Program-made: the position numbers and the translations under genes
The notes under the pieces: model-generated
Told to the model about the DNA's origin: nothing
The model's input: only the letters and a program-made list of their open reading frames with translations
The model's database searches: none
DNA from: a virus
UHGV virus genome: UHGV-1280367
DNA: 29,457 nucleotides
Strand: one strand, 5' to 3'
Part shown: positions 15,909 to 24,315 of the stretch, one piece after another
How positions within the stretch are numbered: position 1 is the first letter of the stretch
How the letters are laid out: every line of letters starts with the position of its first letter

Positions 15909-17380
15909 CAGATACAGCGTTATCTCCTGAAGAGCAGTTGATCGAGGATATTGCAGGGTTCACTCACGATCCGCTTGGCTATGCTCTCTATGCGTTCCCG
16001 TGGGGGGAAGAGGGGACTGAACTGGCACATGCTACCGGCCCACGTCAATGGCAGGCTGATGCGTTCCGAGAGATACGTGATCACCTGCAGAATCCAGAGA
16101 CGCGCTATCAGCCGCTTATGCTGGCACGCGCTTCTGGTCACGGTATTGGTAAATCCGCATTTATCTCAATGCTGATCAACTGGGGCATGTCCACTTGCGA
16201 GGATTGTAAGGTCGTGGTGACCGCCAACACCGACAACCAGCTACGAACGAAGACCTGGCCGGAAATTATCAAGTGGTCAAACCTTGCTATCACGAAAGAC
16301 TGGTTTACCTGTACCGCTACCGCGATGTACAGCAATGACCCTGGGCACGACAAGCGGTGGCGAGCTGACGCAATCCCCTGGTCTGAGCACAACACTGAGG
16401 CATTCGCCGGACTACACAACGAGCGCAAACGCATCATCGTGGTATTCGATGAAGCGTCGAATATTGCCGATCTTGTGTGGGAGGTAGCAGAGGGTGCGCT
16501 GACGGACGAAGACACCGAAATCATCTGGGTGGCGTTCGGGAACCCGACGCGTAACACCGGGCGTTTCCGTGAATGTTTCCGCAAGTACAAACACCGCTGG
16601 AAGTGTGCGCAGATTGACAGCCGGACGGTGGAAGGCACTAACAAACAGCAGTTGCAGAAATGGGTTGATGACTACGGGGAAGACAGCGACTTCGTTAAAA
16701 TCCGTGTGCGCGGCATATTCCCTGATGCATCTGAATTGCAGTTTATCCCTACCGGTCTTACTGATGAGGCAATGAAACGGGTGGTAACCGCTGCGCAGGT
16801 TGCACATGCTCCGGTGATAATCGGCGTTGACCCGGCATACTCAGGCGTTGATGACGCGGTGATATACCTGCGGCAGGGGCTGCACAGTAAGGTGCTGTGG
16901 ACTGGCAACAAGACTACTGACGATCTGATTATGGCGAAGCGTATCGCTGACTTTGAAGACCAGTACCAGGCTGACGCAGTGTTCATCGACTTCGGTTACG
17001 GAACTGGTCTGAAGTCAATCGGTGACGGCTGGGGTCGTACATGGCAACTTGTTCCGTTCGGTGGCGCGTCTACTGACCCGCAGATGCTCAATAAGCGCGG
17101 GGAGATGTTCAACTCATGCAAGACATGGCTGAGGCTGGGCGGCATGCTGGATGACCAGGAAACAGCGGACGACCTGTCGGCGGCAGAGTACAAAGTTCGA
17201 GTGGACGGTAAAATCGTTATCGAACCGAAGGAAGATATCAAGGAGCGGCTTGGGCGCTCGCCGGGTAAAGGCGATGCGCTACTGCTGACGTTTGCTTTCC
17301 CTGTGTCGAAGCGTCTGCGAATTCCCGGGCAGCAGAACCAGCAAGGCAAGGCCATCACAGATTACGATCCCTATGATTAA
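15905..17380 (+). CDS. terL: Terminase large subunit
   Basis: 491 aa. Walker A-like ARASGHGIGKS and Walker B-like IIVVFDEAS, with a nuclease-like C-terminal half. GTG start overlaps the terS stop. Confidence 0.85.
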   Translation: MTDTALSPEEQLIEDIAGFTHDPLGYALYAFPWGEEGTELAHATGPRQWQADAFREIRDHLQNPETRYQPLMLARASGHGIGKSAFISMLINWGMSTCEDCKVVVTANTDNQLRTKTWPEIIKWSNLAITKDWFTCTATAMYSNDPGHDKRWRADAIPWSEHNTEAFAGLHNERKRIIVVFDEASNIADLVWEVAEGALTDEDTEIIWVAFGNPTRNTGRFRECFRKYKHRWKCAQIDSRTVEGTNKQQLQKWVDDYGEDSDFVKIRVRGIFPDASELQFIPTGLTDEAMKRVVTAAQVAHAPVIIGVDPAYSGVDDAVIYLRQGLHSKVLWTGNKTTDDLIMAKRIADFEDQYQADAVFIDFGYGTGLKSIGDGWGRTWQLVPFGGASTDPQMLNKRGEMFNSCKTWLRLGGMLDDQETADDLSAAEYKVRVDGKIVIEPKEDIKERLGRSPGKGDALLLTFAFPVSKRLRIPGQQNQQGKAITDYDPYD

Positions 17381-17430
17381 TCCGCTGGTGGGGATAATGT
17401 CGTTGATATCCTCTGATGAGGATAAAACAA

Positions 17431-17450
17431 AGCCAGCTCATCGGCTGGCT
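17431..17450. terminator. Hairpin after terL and downstream of the reverse cargo gene, possible bidirectional terminator
   Basis: agccagc-tcatcg-gctggct; on the minus strand it is followed by a T-rich tract (ttgtttta). A second hairpin lies at 17407..17424. Confidence 0.4.
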
Positions 17451-17470
17451 GTTTGTGACATGTCACAGAG

Positions 17471-17893
17471 CTAGAAAATAATTTCATCAAATGCAGCATT
17501 TATTGCCTTTGCTTCGCTAATGGCGCCTTGTTTATCGACAATAGCTTTTTTACCAAGCACCTCGGCAAGGCACTGTAGCTTCATGTTGTATAAGTGTTCG
17601 CTCATGTAATCATTATCACTTTTTGCTTTAGCGCAAACAGAGCGAGAAATATCAAACACATCGCCTTTTTCCATTTCAGAACGTTGTGCTGTTATCCAGT
17701 CATGGAACGTAACGCTAGTACCATGGTCTTCTCTAAGAGTTAACCCGGTCAGCCCCTCACTCTGAATTACTTCGTAATGCATTTCATTACCAGCAAAAAC
17801 GCCATAAAAAATGCAGTCTTCAGCCTGAACGATACGAGAATATTTTAATGGCCATTCATTTAGATACTTAGCCAACATATCAATTGTCTTCAT
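17471..17893 (-). CDS. Reverse-oriented cargo gene of unknown function (140 aa)
   Basis: The only minus-strand gene inside the late region. Visibly more AT-rich than its flanks. Ribosome-binding site AAGGTGAG ahead of the ATG. No motif I recognise; soluble, no transmembrane segment. Confidence 0.6.
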   Translation of the reverse strand: MKTIDMLAKYLNEWPLKYSRIVQAEDCIFYGVFAGNEMHYEVIQSEGLTGLTLREDHGTSVTFHDWITAQRSEMEKGDVFDISRSVCAKAKSDNDYMSEHLYNMKLQCLAEVLGKKAIVDKQGAISEAKAINAAFDEIIF

Positions 17894-17904
17894 AATCTCA
17901 CCTT

Positions 17905-17930
17905 AAAAAAATGCCCGGCGAACCGGGCGA
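17905..17930 (-). terminator. Intrinsic terminator (minus strand) between the tRNA and the cargo gene
   Basis: Minus-strand reading gcccgg-ttcg-ccgggc followed by ttttttt, then the cargo-gene ribosome-binding site and ATG. Confidence 0.65.
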
Positions 17931-18092
17931 ACTGGAAGCAATGAGTTATGCCTTCCGTGGCTGTACTGGTTTACAGCATGAAGTCATCGCAATGGCGTCC
18001 TGCTGTAAAAAGGGCGGTGATAGTCCTTCAAGGGAAACCATCACCGCCAAGCCCCCTGGAACTTCTGGCATCACGGTCCTTAGGCGTGATTC

Positions 18093-18169
18093 TGGCGTGG
18101 CATGCAGGATTCGAACCTGCGACCAACCGCTTAGAAGGCGGTTGCTCTGTCCAGCTGAGCTAATGCCAC
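18093..18169 (-). tRNA. tRNA-Arg, anticodon UCU
   Basis: Minus-strand sequence GTGGCATTAGCTCAGCTGGACAGAGCAACCGCCTTCTAAGCGGTTGGTCGCAGGTTCGAATCCTGCATGCCACGCCA folds by eye into a cloverleaf: 7-bp acceptor stem, D arm GCTC/GAGC, anticodon loop CTTCTAA, T arm GCAGG-TTCGAAT-CCTGC, encoded CCA. Close to E. coli argU as I recall it. Confidence 0.85.
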
Positions 18170-18491
18170 AACGCTGAGAGCACTTAGCCTGTTAAGGCGC
18201 CACACTTTGTCGCGGCTCCATAAATGCTCTCATCGTTGTACCCTCGTCTCTTCCGAGGTGTCACACCGAATCGCCTGGATGGTGAATCCCCGTGCGCGGA
18301 ATAAAACCGCTCGACTTGCACATTCCGGCTACCTGGTTCGTTTGCCCGAGCAAGGGAGGGTGCCCCTTAAACGTATCCAGACCGCTATCGGCGCATGTGC
18401 CATACGCCGTACTGCTCAAAATAAAAGCTCACTCCACCTGTTCAATTTAACGACAAGCCAGTCAGGTTAGTAACCGGAATGAACTCTTTGG

Positions 18492-18506
18492 TTACCTGAA
18501 AGGTAA
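18492..18506. promoter_or_regulatory. Operator-like palindrome TTACC-tgaaa-GGTAA upstream of the portal region
   Basis: Exact copy of the recurring motif, about 90 bp before the small ORF at 18597. Confidence 0.4.
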
Positions 18507-18596
18507 TAATTCGTGCGTTAAATGTCAACTGTCTACGATAAATAAATCATATGTGGTTAAATTGGTAATAATTTAATTGCGTACGGAGTCATTGAT

Positions 18597-18803
18597 ATGT
18601 GCATGGGTAGCTCACCATCAGTGCCTGCAACACCAGAAGTTCAGGCAGCACCACAGGAGCAGGATGCCGCCGTTGTTGATGCCCGCGACGAAGAAACTCG
18701 TCGCCGTCGCGCTGCTGCTGGTCGTAGTTCTACGCTGCTTACCGGTTCTCAGGGCGACACATCAACCGCTAATACCAGCGGTAAAACGCTGCTTGGTCAG
18801 TAA
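18597..18803 (+). CDS. Small low-complexity protein upstream of the portal gene (68 aa)
   Basis: ATG preceded by ggagtcattga, the same ribosome-binding context as the portal start (ccggagtcattga). Ala/Arg/Thr-rich. The overlapping ORF 18577..18816 in another frame is the less likely alternative. Confidence 0.35.
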   Translation: MCMGSSPSVPATPEVQAAPQEQDAAVVDARDEETRRRRAAAGRSSTLLTGSQGDTSTANTSGKTLLGQ

Positions 18804-18817
18804 CCGGAGTCATTGAA

Positions 18818-20497
18818 ATGGCGGAAACAACTAAAGAGCGATTGAACAAACAGTTCGCACAACTTGAAAGCGAGCGTCAGTCGTTCGAGCCGCACTGGCG
18901 CGAGTTGAGTGATTACATCAACCCGCGTGGTTCCCGCTTTCTGACTTCTGAGGTCAACCGTAACGATCGACGCAATACACGCATTATTGATTCGACCGGG
19001 ACTATGGCGGCGCGCACTCTCGCCAGCGGCATGATGTCAGGCATCACAAGCCCCGCGCGTCCGTGGTTTCGCCTGGCTACGCCAGATCCTGAAATGATGG
19101 ATTATGGCCCTGTTAAGTTGTGGCTTGAGGCGGTGCAGAACCGCATGAACGATATGTTCAATAAGTCGAATCTCTATCAGTCGCTGCCGCAGTTATACGG
19201 AAGCCTCGGCACATACAGCACTGGTGCAATGGCAGTGCTGGAGGATGACGAGGACATCATTCGCACAATGCCATTCCCGATAGGAAGTTACTACCTGGCT
19301 AACTCACCTCGTGGCAGTGTGGACACCTGTTTTCGCAAGTTCTCTATGACTGTTCGTCAGCTTGTTCAGGAGTTCGGGCTAAATAACGTCAGCGAATCCG
19401 TAAAAAGCATGTGGGAAAGCGGCACCTACGAGAAGTGGATTGAAGTGATGCATTCGGTTTACCCGAACATTGACCGCGATACATCGAAGCTGGATAGCAA
19501 GAACAAGCCATTCAAATCGGTTTATTACGAGGTTGGTGGCGATAACGACAAGTTGTTGCGTGAGTCCGGATTCGATGAGTTTCCAATTATGGCTCCGCGC
19601 TGGGAAGTTAACGGCGAAGATGTTTATGGATCATCATGCCCGGGTATGCTGGCGCTTGGACCTGTTAAGGCATTGCAGCTTCTCCAGAAGCGCAAGTCGC
19701 AGTTGATTGATAAAGCCACCAATCCGCCGATGGTTGCTCCGACTTCCCTCAAGAATCAGCGCGCCTCCCTTCTTCCTGGCGACATCACGTATATCGATCA
19801 GATTACTGGTCATGATGGTTTCAGGCCTGCTTATCTGGTTAACCCCAGTACAGCAGATTTGGTGGCAGACATTCAGGACACTCGTCAAATCATTAACAGC
19901 GCCTACTTTGTCGATCTGTTCATGATGTTGCAGAACATCAATACCCGCTCGATGCCTGTTGAAGCGGTGATCGAAATGAAAGAAGAAAAACTTCTGATGT
20001 TGGGGCCGGTTCTGGAGCGTCTGAACGACGAATGTCTTAATCCTCTCATTGACCGCGCTTTCTCGATGATGGTGCGTAAAAACATGCTGCCGCCACCGCC
20101 TGACGCGATGGAAGGTATGCCCCTGAAGGTCGAATACATTTCCGTCATGGCTCAGGCGCAGAAGTCTATCGGCCTGTCCAGTCTGGCGTCTACGGTCAAC
20201 TTCATTGGTCAACTTGCGCAAGCGAAACCAGAAGCTCTCGACAAACTCAACGTTGATCAGGCGATCGATGCATTCGCTGATATGTCCGGAGTGTCTCCAA
20301 CCGTCATTGTTCCGCAGGAACAGGTTGAGCAGGCTCGCCAGCAACGGGCACAGCAACAACAGCAGCAACAAATGATGGAGATGGGGATGGCGGCGGCACA
20401 GGGTGCCAAGACGCTAAGCGAAGCTAAAACTTCGGATCCGAGTGTTTTGTCAGCTATGGCGAATGCAGTTAGTGGTCAGGGTGGGCAATCACAATGA
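18818..20497 (+). CDS. Portal (head-to-tail connector) protein, T7 gp8-like
   Basis: 559 aa. The C-terminal Gln-rich tail QARQQRAQQQQQQQMMEMGMAAAQGA parallels the T7 gp8 C-terminus (QKQQKMAQQSMQMGMDNGAAALAQG) as I recall it. Size and position fit. Confidence 0.75.
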   Translation: MAETTKERLNKQFAQLESERQSFEPHWRELSDYINPRGSRFLTSEVNRNDRRNTRIIDSTGTMAARTLASGMMSGITSPARPWFRLATPDPEMMDYGPVKLWLEAVQNRMNDMFNKSNLYQSLPQLYGSLGTYSTGAMAVLEDDEDIIRTMPFPIGSYYLANSPRGSVDTCFRKFSMTVRQLVQEFGLNNVSESVKSMWESGTYEKWIEVMHSVYPNIDRDTSKLDSKNKPFKSVYYEVGGDNDKLLRESGFDEFPIMAPRWEVNGEDVYGSSCPGMLALGPVKALQLLQKRKSQLIDKATNPPMVAPTSLKNQRASLLPGDITYIDQITGHDGFRPAYLVNPSTADLVADIQDTRQIINSAYFVDLFMMLQNINTRSMPVEAVIEMKEEKLLMLGPVLERLNDECLNPLIDRAFSMMVRKNMLPPPPDAMEGMPLKVEYISVMAQAQKSIGLSSLASTVNFIGQLAQAKPEALDKLNVDQAIDAFADMSGVSPTVIVPQEQVEQARQQRAQQQQQQQMMEMGMAAAQGAKTLSEAKTSDPSVLSAMANAVSGQGGQSQ

Positions 20498-20790
20498 CAG
20501 ATTACGAAGACGATCAACTGAAAGAAGAAAACGCCCGTAAGCAACGTGACATGGCGCAGCGTGAAATTGATGACATTCGCTTTGTCATGAGCAGTGAACA
20601 GGGGCGTCGCGTTGTCTGGTCTGTGCTGGAGAAAGGCCGGGTGTTTTCCGCTATCTCTCCGATGGACGCTATGGCAATGGCATTTTATGAGGGGCAACGC
20701 AATCTGGCGCTGGAGCTGTTTCAGCGCGTTATGGCGCATTGCCCTGAACAGTATTTGAAGATGGCCAAAGAGGCCAGTGAACAGGAGTGA
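20494..20790 (+). CDS. Hypothetical head-assembly protein
   Basis: 98-aa ORF translationally coupled between the portal and scaffold genes. Confidence 0.4.
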   Translation: MTDYEDDQLKEENARKQRDMAQREIDDIRFVMSSEQGRRVVWSVLEKGRVFSAISPMDAMAMAFYEGQRNLALELFQRVMAHCPEQYLKMAKEASEQE

Positions 20791-20792
20791 TC

Positions 20793-21500
20793 ATGAATTT
20801 ATTTGAGCGTTTGCTGTATCGCCGTCTTTGCAATGAGCAATCCACTGAAGGTGGCCAGGCAGATACAGCTTCAACGGGAGCAACTGAAACCACTCAGGGC
20901 TCGGGTGAAATGCAGGAGCAAACCCAGTCGCAGGATAACTCCCAGGGGACTGACTCTGAGAAAGGTTCTGAAGCTCAGAAAACTGAGGGAGAGCTTGCTG
21001 CTGAAAAAGCCAATACCGAAGAAGCAGAAAAGGATAAGAAGCCAGAGGGTGCGCCTGAGAAGTACGAGTTTCAGGCTGCCGAAGGCGTAGAGCTGGATAC
21101 AGAAGCGTTGAAGGAATTCGAGCCGGTGGCGCGAGAACTTAACCTGACCAACGAGCAAGCGCAAAAGCTGGTTGATGCTTATCCGAAGATTCTGGCAGGT
21201 GTTCAGCAGCGCCAGGCAGAAGCCTGGCAGAAAACAACCGAGCAGTGGGCTGCGGATGTAAAAGCTGACAAAGAAATCGGTGGCGACAAGTTGATTTCTA
21301 ACCTTAGCGCCGCACAGCGTGCGCTTGACCAGTTCGGGACACCTGAACTCAAAGAATATCTGAACACCACCGGGCTGGGTAATCACCCTGATCTGGTCAA
21401 AACGTTCGTGAAAATCGGAAAGGCGATGTCTGAAGATGGCATGGTCACCGGTGGTAATGAAGGCCAGCGTAGTGCGGCCGAAGTGCTCTATGGCAAATAA
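20793..21500 (+). CDS. Scaffolding protein
   Basis: Highly acidic, Glu/Gln/Lys-rich, predicted-helical protein between the portal and capsid genes. ATG at 20793 with an AGGAG ribosome-binding site. Confidence 0.65.
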   Translation: MNLFERLLYRRLCNEQSTEGGQADTASTGATETTQGSGEMQEQTQSQDNSQGTDSEKGSEAQKTEGELAAEKANTEEAEKDKKPEGAPEKYEFQAAEGVELDTEALKEFEPVARELNLTNEQAQKLVDAYPKILAGVQQRQAEAWQKTTEQWAADVKADKEIGGDKLISNLSAAQRALDQFGTPELKEYLNTTGLGNHPDLVKTFVKIGKAMSEDGMVTGGNEGQRSAAEVLYGK

Positions 21501-21514
21501 GAGAGGAAATGACA

Positions 21515-22501
21515 ATGGCTGTTAAAGGCTTAACTGCGCTAACGCTGGCTGACTGGGGTAAGCGCGTCGATCCAAACGGGAAAGTCGATAAGATTATCGA
21601 GCTTCTCGGTCAAACTAACCCGATCCTTCAGGATATGCCTTTTGTCGAAGGGAACCTTCCTACCGGACACCGAACCACCATTCGTTCTGGTTTACCTTCA
21701 GCTACCTGGCGTTTGCTGAACTATGGCGTACAGCCAAGCAAATCAACCACAGTGCAGGTCACCGACTCCGTTGGCATGCTGGAAACCTATGCTGAAGTCG
21801 ATAAGTCACTGGCTGATCTGAACGGTAATACCGCCGAATTCCGCCTGTCTGAAGACCGCGCATTTATTGAAGCGATGAATCAGCAGATGGCGCAGACGCT
21901 GTTTTATGGTGATTCCAGCGTTAACCCTCAGCAGTTTATGGGACTGTCCTCCCGCTATTCCAGCCTGTCTGCGGGTAATGCTCAGAACATCATTGATGCT
22001 GGTGGCACGGGTACAGATAACACCTCAATCTGGTTAGTGGTGTGGGGCGAAAACACCGTGCATGGCATCTTCCCGAAAGGGCAGAAGGCTGGCATCCAGA
22101 TGGAAGATAAAGGCCAGGTGACACTGGAAGATGCTAATGGCGGCAAGTACGAAGGCTATCGCACCCATTACAAATGGGATAACGGACTTGCTCTGCGTGA
22201 CTGGCGTTATGTTGTTCGCATTGCAAACATCGATGTCAGCAATCTTTCAGAACCTTCCTATGCCGCAAATATTGCGAAGTTGATGGTTAAAGCACTGCAT
22301 CGCATTCCAAACCGTGGCATGGGCCGCCCGGTGTTCTACATGAACCGCACTGTAGGCCAGGCTCTTGATCTGCAGTCTCTGGAGAAAACATCTCTGGCTA
22401 TCAGCGTAAAGGAGACTGAAGGCGAGTGGTGGACTTCATTCCGTGGTGTACCAATCCGTGAAACTGATGCGCTTCTGGAAACAGAAGCCCGCGTGGTGTA
22501 A
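21515..22501 (+). CDS. Major capsid protein
   Basis: About 330 aa directly after the scaffold gene, with a GAGAGGA ribosome-binding site 7 nt upstream of the ATG at 21515. Assigned by position and size only. Confidence 0.65.
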   Translation: MAVKGLTALTLADWGKRVDPNGKVDKIIELLGQTNPILQDMPFVEGNLPTGHRTTIRSGLPSATWRLLNYGVQPSKSTTVQVTDSVGMLETYAEVDKSLADLNGNTAEFRLSEDRAFIEAMNQQMAQTLFYGDSSVNPQQFMGLSSRYSSLSAGNAQNIIDAGGTGTDNTSIWLVVWGENTVHGIFPKGQKAGIQMEDKGQVTLEDANGGKYEGYRTHYKWDNGLALRDWRYVVRIANIDVSNLSEPSYAANIAKLMVKALHRIPNRGMGRPVFYMNRTVGQALDLQSLEKTSLAISVKETEGEWWTSFRGVPIRETDALLETEARVV

Positions 22502-22552
22502 CGCCTGTTATTAACCTGTGGGTCGTAACAGACCCACTAATGGAGAAAGAAG

Positions 22553-22990
22553 ATGATCACCGACAAACTGTTGATGTTCTCCGAAGCACAGGCGGTAACT
22601 GATACCGCTGCTTCTACTGACGTAATCGATCTCGGTCCAATTGACGGAAAACGTCGTGATATCGGCGTGGGTTACCCGCTTGAGTTTTGGGCGCTGGTTA
22701 ACACAGCCGCCGCAGCAAGCGGTGATGCAACTGTAAACATCCAGTTGCAGACGAGTGAGGATAACAGATCATGGACCACTATTTATGATAGTGGTGCACT
22801 GGCAAAGACCACCCTGACAGCAGGTAAACGAGTTGTTTCTGCAAAGGTGCCTGCCGGTGTTCAGCGATATCTGCGTGTTAACTACTCCGTCGCAACTGGC
22901 CCACTAACGGCTGGCGAATTCACTGCTGGTATCAGTCTTGATGTTGATGCCAATACGCCGTATCCGATCCGCTCAAAAGTAACTGGTTAA
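22553..22990 (+). CDS. Putative capsid decoration or accessory structural protein
   Basis: 145 aa with a good ribosome-binding site (GGAGAAAG), directly after the capsid gene. Function inferred from position only. Confidence 0.35.
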   Translation: MITDKLLMFSEAQAVTDTAASTDVIDLGPIDGKRRDIGVGYPLEFWALVNTAAAASGDATVNIQLQTSEDNRSWTTIYDSGALAKTTLTAGKRVVSAKVPAGVQRYLRVNYSVATGPLTAGEFTAGISLDVDANTPYPIRSKVTG

Positions 22991-23000
22991 GGTGATATCG

Positions 23001-23336
23001 ATGTCAGGTGAGAAACCAAGATACCGCGTTCTGCGCCTCTCTCATATCCATAACACTCTGTGGCCGGAGGGGGCAGAAATCGAATACGAAGGTGAGCCTG
23101 GTAGCGCACTGGAACCTGTTAACGATGCAGCCAGACAGGCAAAAGCAAAAGTTGCAGGAAAAGTGTCAATGGCAGCAACCAGCACCAAAATCATCAACGA
23201 TGTGTCAGATGATGGTGAACTGGATAAGCTCCGTGAAGAGTACGAATTGCTCTTTAACGAGAAGCCACACCATAACGCCAAAGCCGAAACGCTCCGCGAG
23301 AAGATCGCAGATAAGCGTAAAGAACTGGGCGTGTAA
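23001..23336 (+). CDS. Hypothetical structural-module protein
   Basis: ATG at 23001 with an AAGGTGA ribosome-binding site (the track ORF starts at a GTG at 22992). Charged, helix-prone. Confidence 0.35.
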   Translation: MSGEKPRYRVLRLSHIHNTLWPEGAEIEYEGEPGSALEPVNDAARQAKAKVAGKVSMAATSTKIINDVSDDGELDKLREEYELLFNEKPHHNAKAETLREKIADKRKELGV

Positions 23337-23352
23337 GCCTCGCGGATCAGAC

Positions 23353-23376
23353 AAGGGGCTTCGGCCCCTTTATTGC
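23353..23376 (+). terminator. Terminator-like hairpin after the capsid block
   Basis: aaggggc-ttcg-gcccctt (UUCG tetraloop) followed by tattg; the T tract is short. Confidence 0.5.
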
Positions 23377-23386
23377 AGGAGTGTAT

Positions 23387-23710
23387 ATGGAACTCGTAAA
23401 CCTCAAAACCGGCACTGACAGCTACCAGGATGAGAGCGGAGAAACCAGAACTCGCGATGAATACCCGTGGGGGCTGTGCATCACTCTTAATAACGACACA
23501 TTGAATAAGCTGAAGGCGCAACCTCAGGGCGTCGGAACAGAAGTGATGATAACTGCAAAGGCTGTTATTCGAGGCCTGTCTGCCAGAGAAACTGACGATG
23601 GTGTTAATCGCAGCGCCGATCTGCAGATCACTGATATGGCAATCGCTCCTGTTTCCGGTGATGTAGAAAAATCAGCGGCTGAAACTCTGTACGGCAATGG
23701 GGGTGAGTAA
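23387..23710 (+). CDS. Hypothetical virion protein
   Basis: ATG at 23387 with an AGGAG ribosome-binding site; stop overlaps the next gene's start. Confidence 0.35.
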   Translation: MELVNLKTGTDSYQDESGETRTRDEYPWGLCITLNNDTLNKLKAQPQGVGTEVMITAKAVIRGLSARETDDGVNRSADLQITDMAIAPVSGDVEKSAAETLYGNGGE

Positions 23711-24315
23711 TGGCCTCTGTAGTAGAGATCTGCAATCGTGCGCTGTCCAATATTGGCAACAGCCGCAGCATTAACAGCCTGACGGAAGCCAGCAAGGAAG
23801 CGGGGGAATGTTCGCTGCACTTTGAGGCCTGCCGTGATGCTGTGCTTTCTGATTTTGACTGGAACTTTGCTACCAAACGCGTGGCGCTTGCAGATACGAG
23901 CAATCCACCGCCTGACTGGGAATATGCGTACCAGTACCCGTCCGATTGTCTGCGCATTACTGAAATTATGCTTCCTGGTGTACGCAATCCAACAGCAGCA
24001 ATGCGCGTTCAGTACGAAGTTGGTGCAGACACCAACGGAACAGGAAAGTTGATCTACACAGACCAGCCGCAGGCATGGCTCAAGTATGTATCTCGCGTTT
24101 CAGATGTGAACATGTTTGATGCCATTTTTATGGAGGCGTTGGCCTGGCGTCTTGCGGCAGCTATTAACATGGCGCTGACTGGGAATGCAGACCTCGGTAC
24201 GTTTGCCCTCAATATGTACAATCGCGTGATTCTTAGTGCTGGCTCGCATAGCCAGAATGAATCACAGGAACCACAGCCACCGGTTGACGAGTTTACCATT
24301 GCGAGGTTGTCCTGA
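23710..24315 (+). CDS. Tail tubular protein A / adaptor (T7 gp11-like)
   Basis: 201 aa. Size, position before a gp12-like gene and an N-terminal pattern (ICNRALSNIGNSRSINSL) resembling T7 gp11. Confidence 0.5.
   Translation: MASVVEICNRALSNIGNSRSINSLTEASKEAGECSLHFEACRDAVLSDFDWNFATKRVALADTSNPPPDWEYAYQYPSDCLRITEIMLPGVRNPTAAMRVQYEVGADTNGTGKLIYTDQPQAWLKYVSRVSDVNMFDAIFMEALAWRLAAAINMALTGNADLGTFALNMYNRVILSAGSHSQNESQEPQPPVDEFTIARLS

Noticed and set aside
16138-16986. Several minus-strand ORFs (168, 131 and 104 aa) inside terL
   Set aside because: They overlap the terminase large subunit gene, which has clear Walker motifs; shadow frames.
18093-18169. The tRNA-Arg as the host attB end, implying an integrated prophage junction
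   Set aside because: The tRNA is 14 kb from int, embedded between terL and portal with phage genes on both sides, and no host flank or att-like direct repeat adjoins it. It is read as a phage-borne tRNA.
19634-20371. 245-aa minus-strand ORF inside the portal gene
   Set aside because: Antisense to the portal gene, whose C-terminus resembles T7 gp8. Leu/Arg-rich composition typical of the reverse complement of a Gln/Glu-rich gene.
20871-21515. 214-aa minus-strand ORF inside the scaffold gene
   Set aside because: Antisense to the acidic scaffold gene; Leu/Phe/Arg-rich artefact with no ribosome-binding site.
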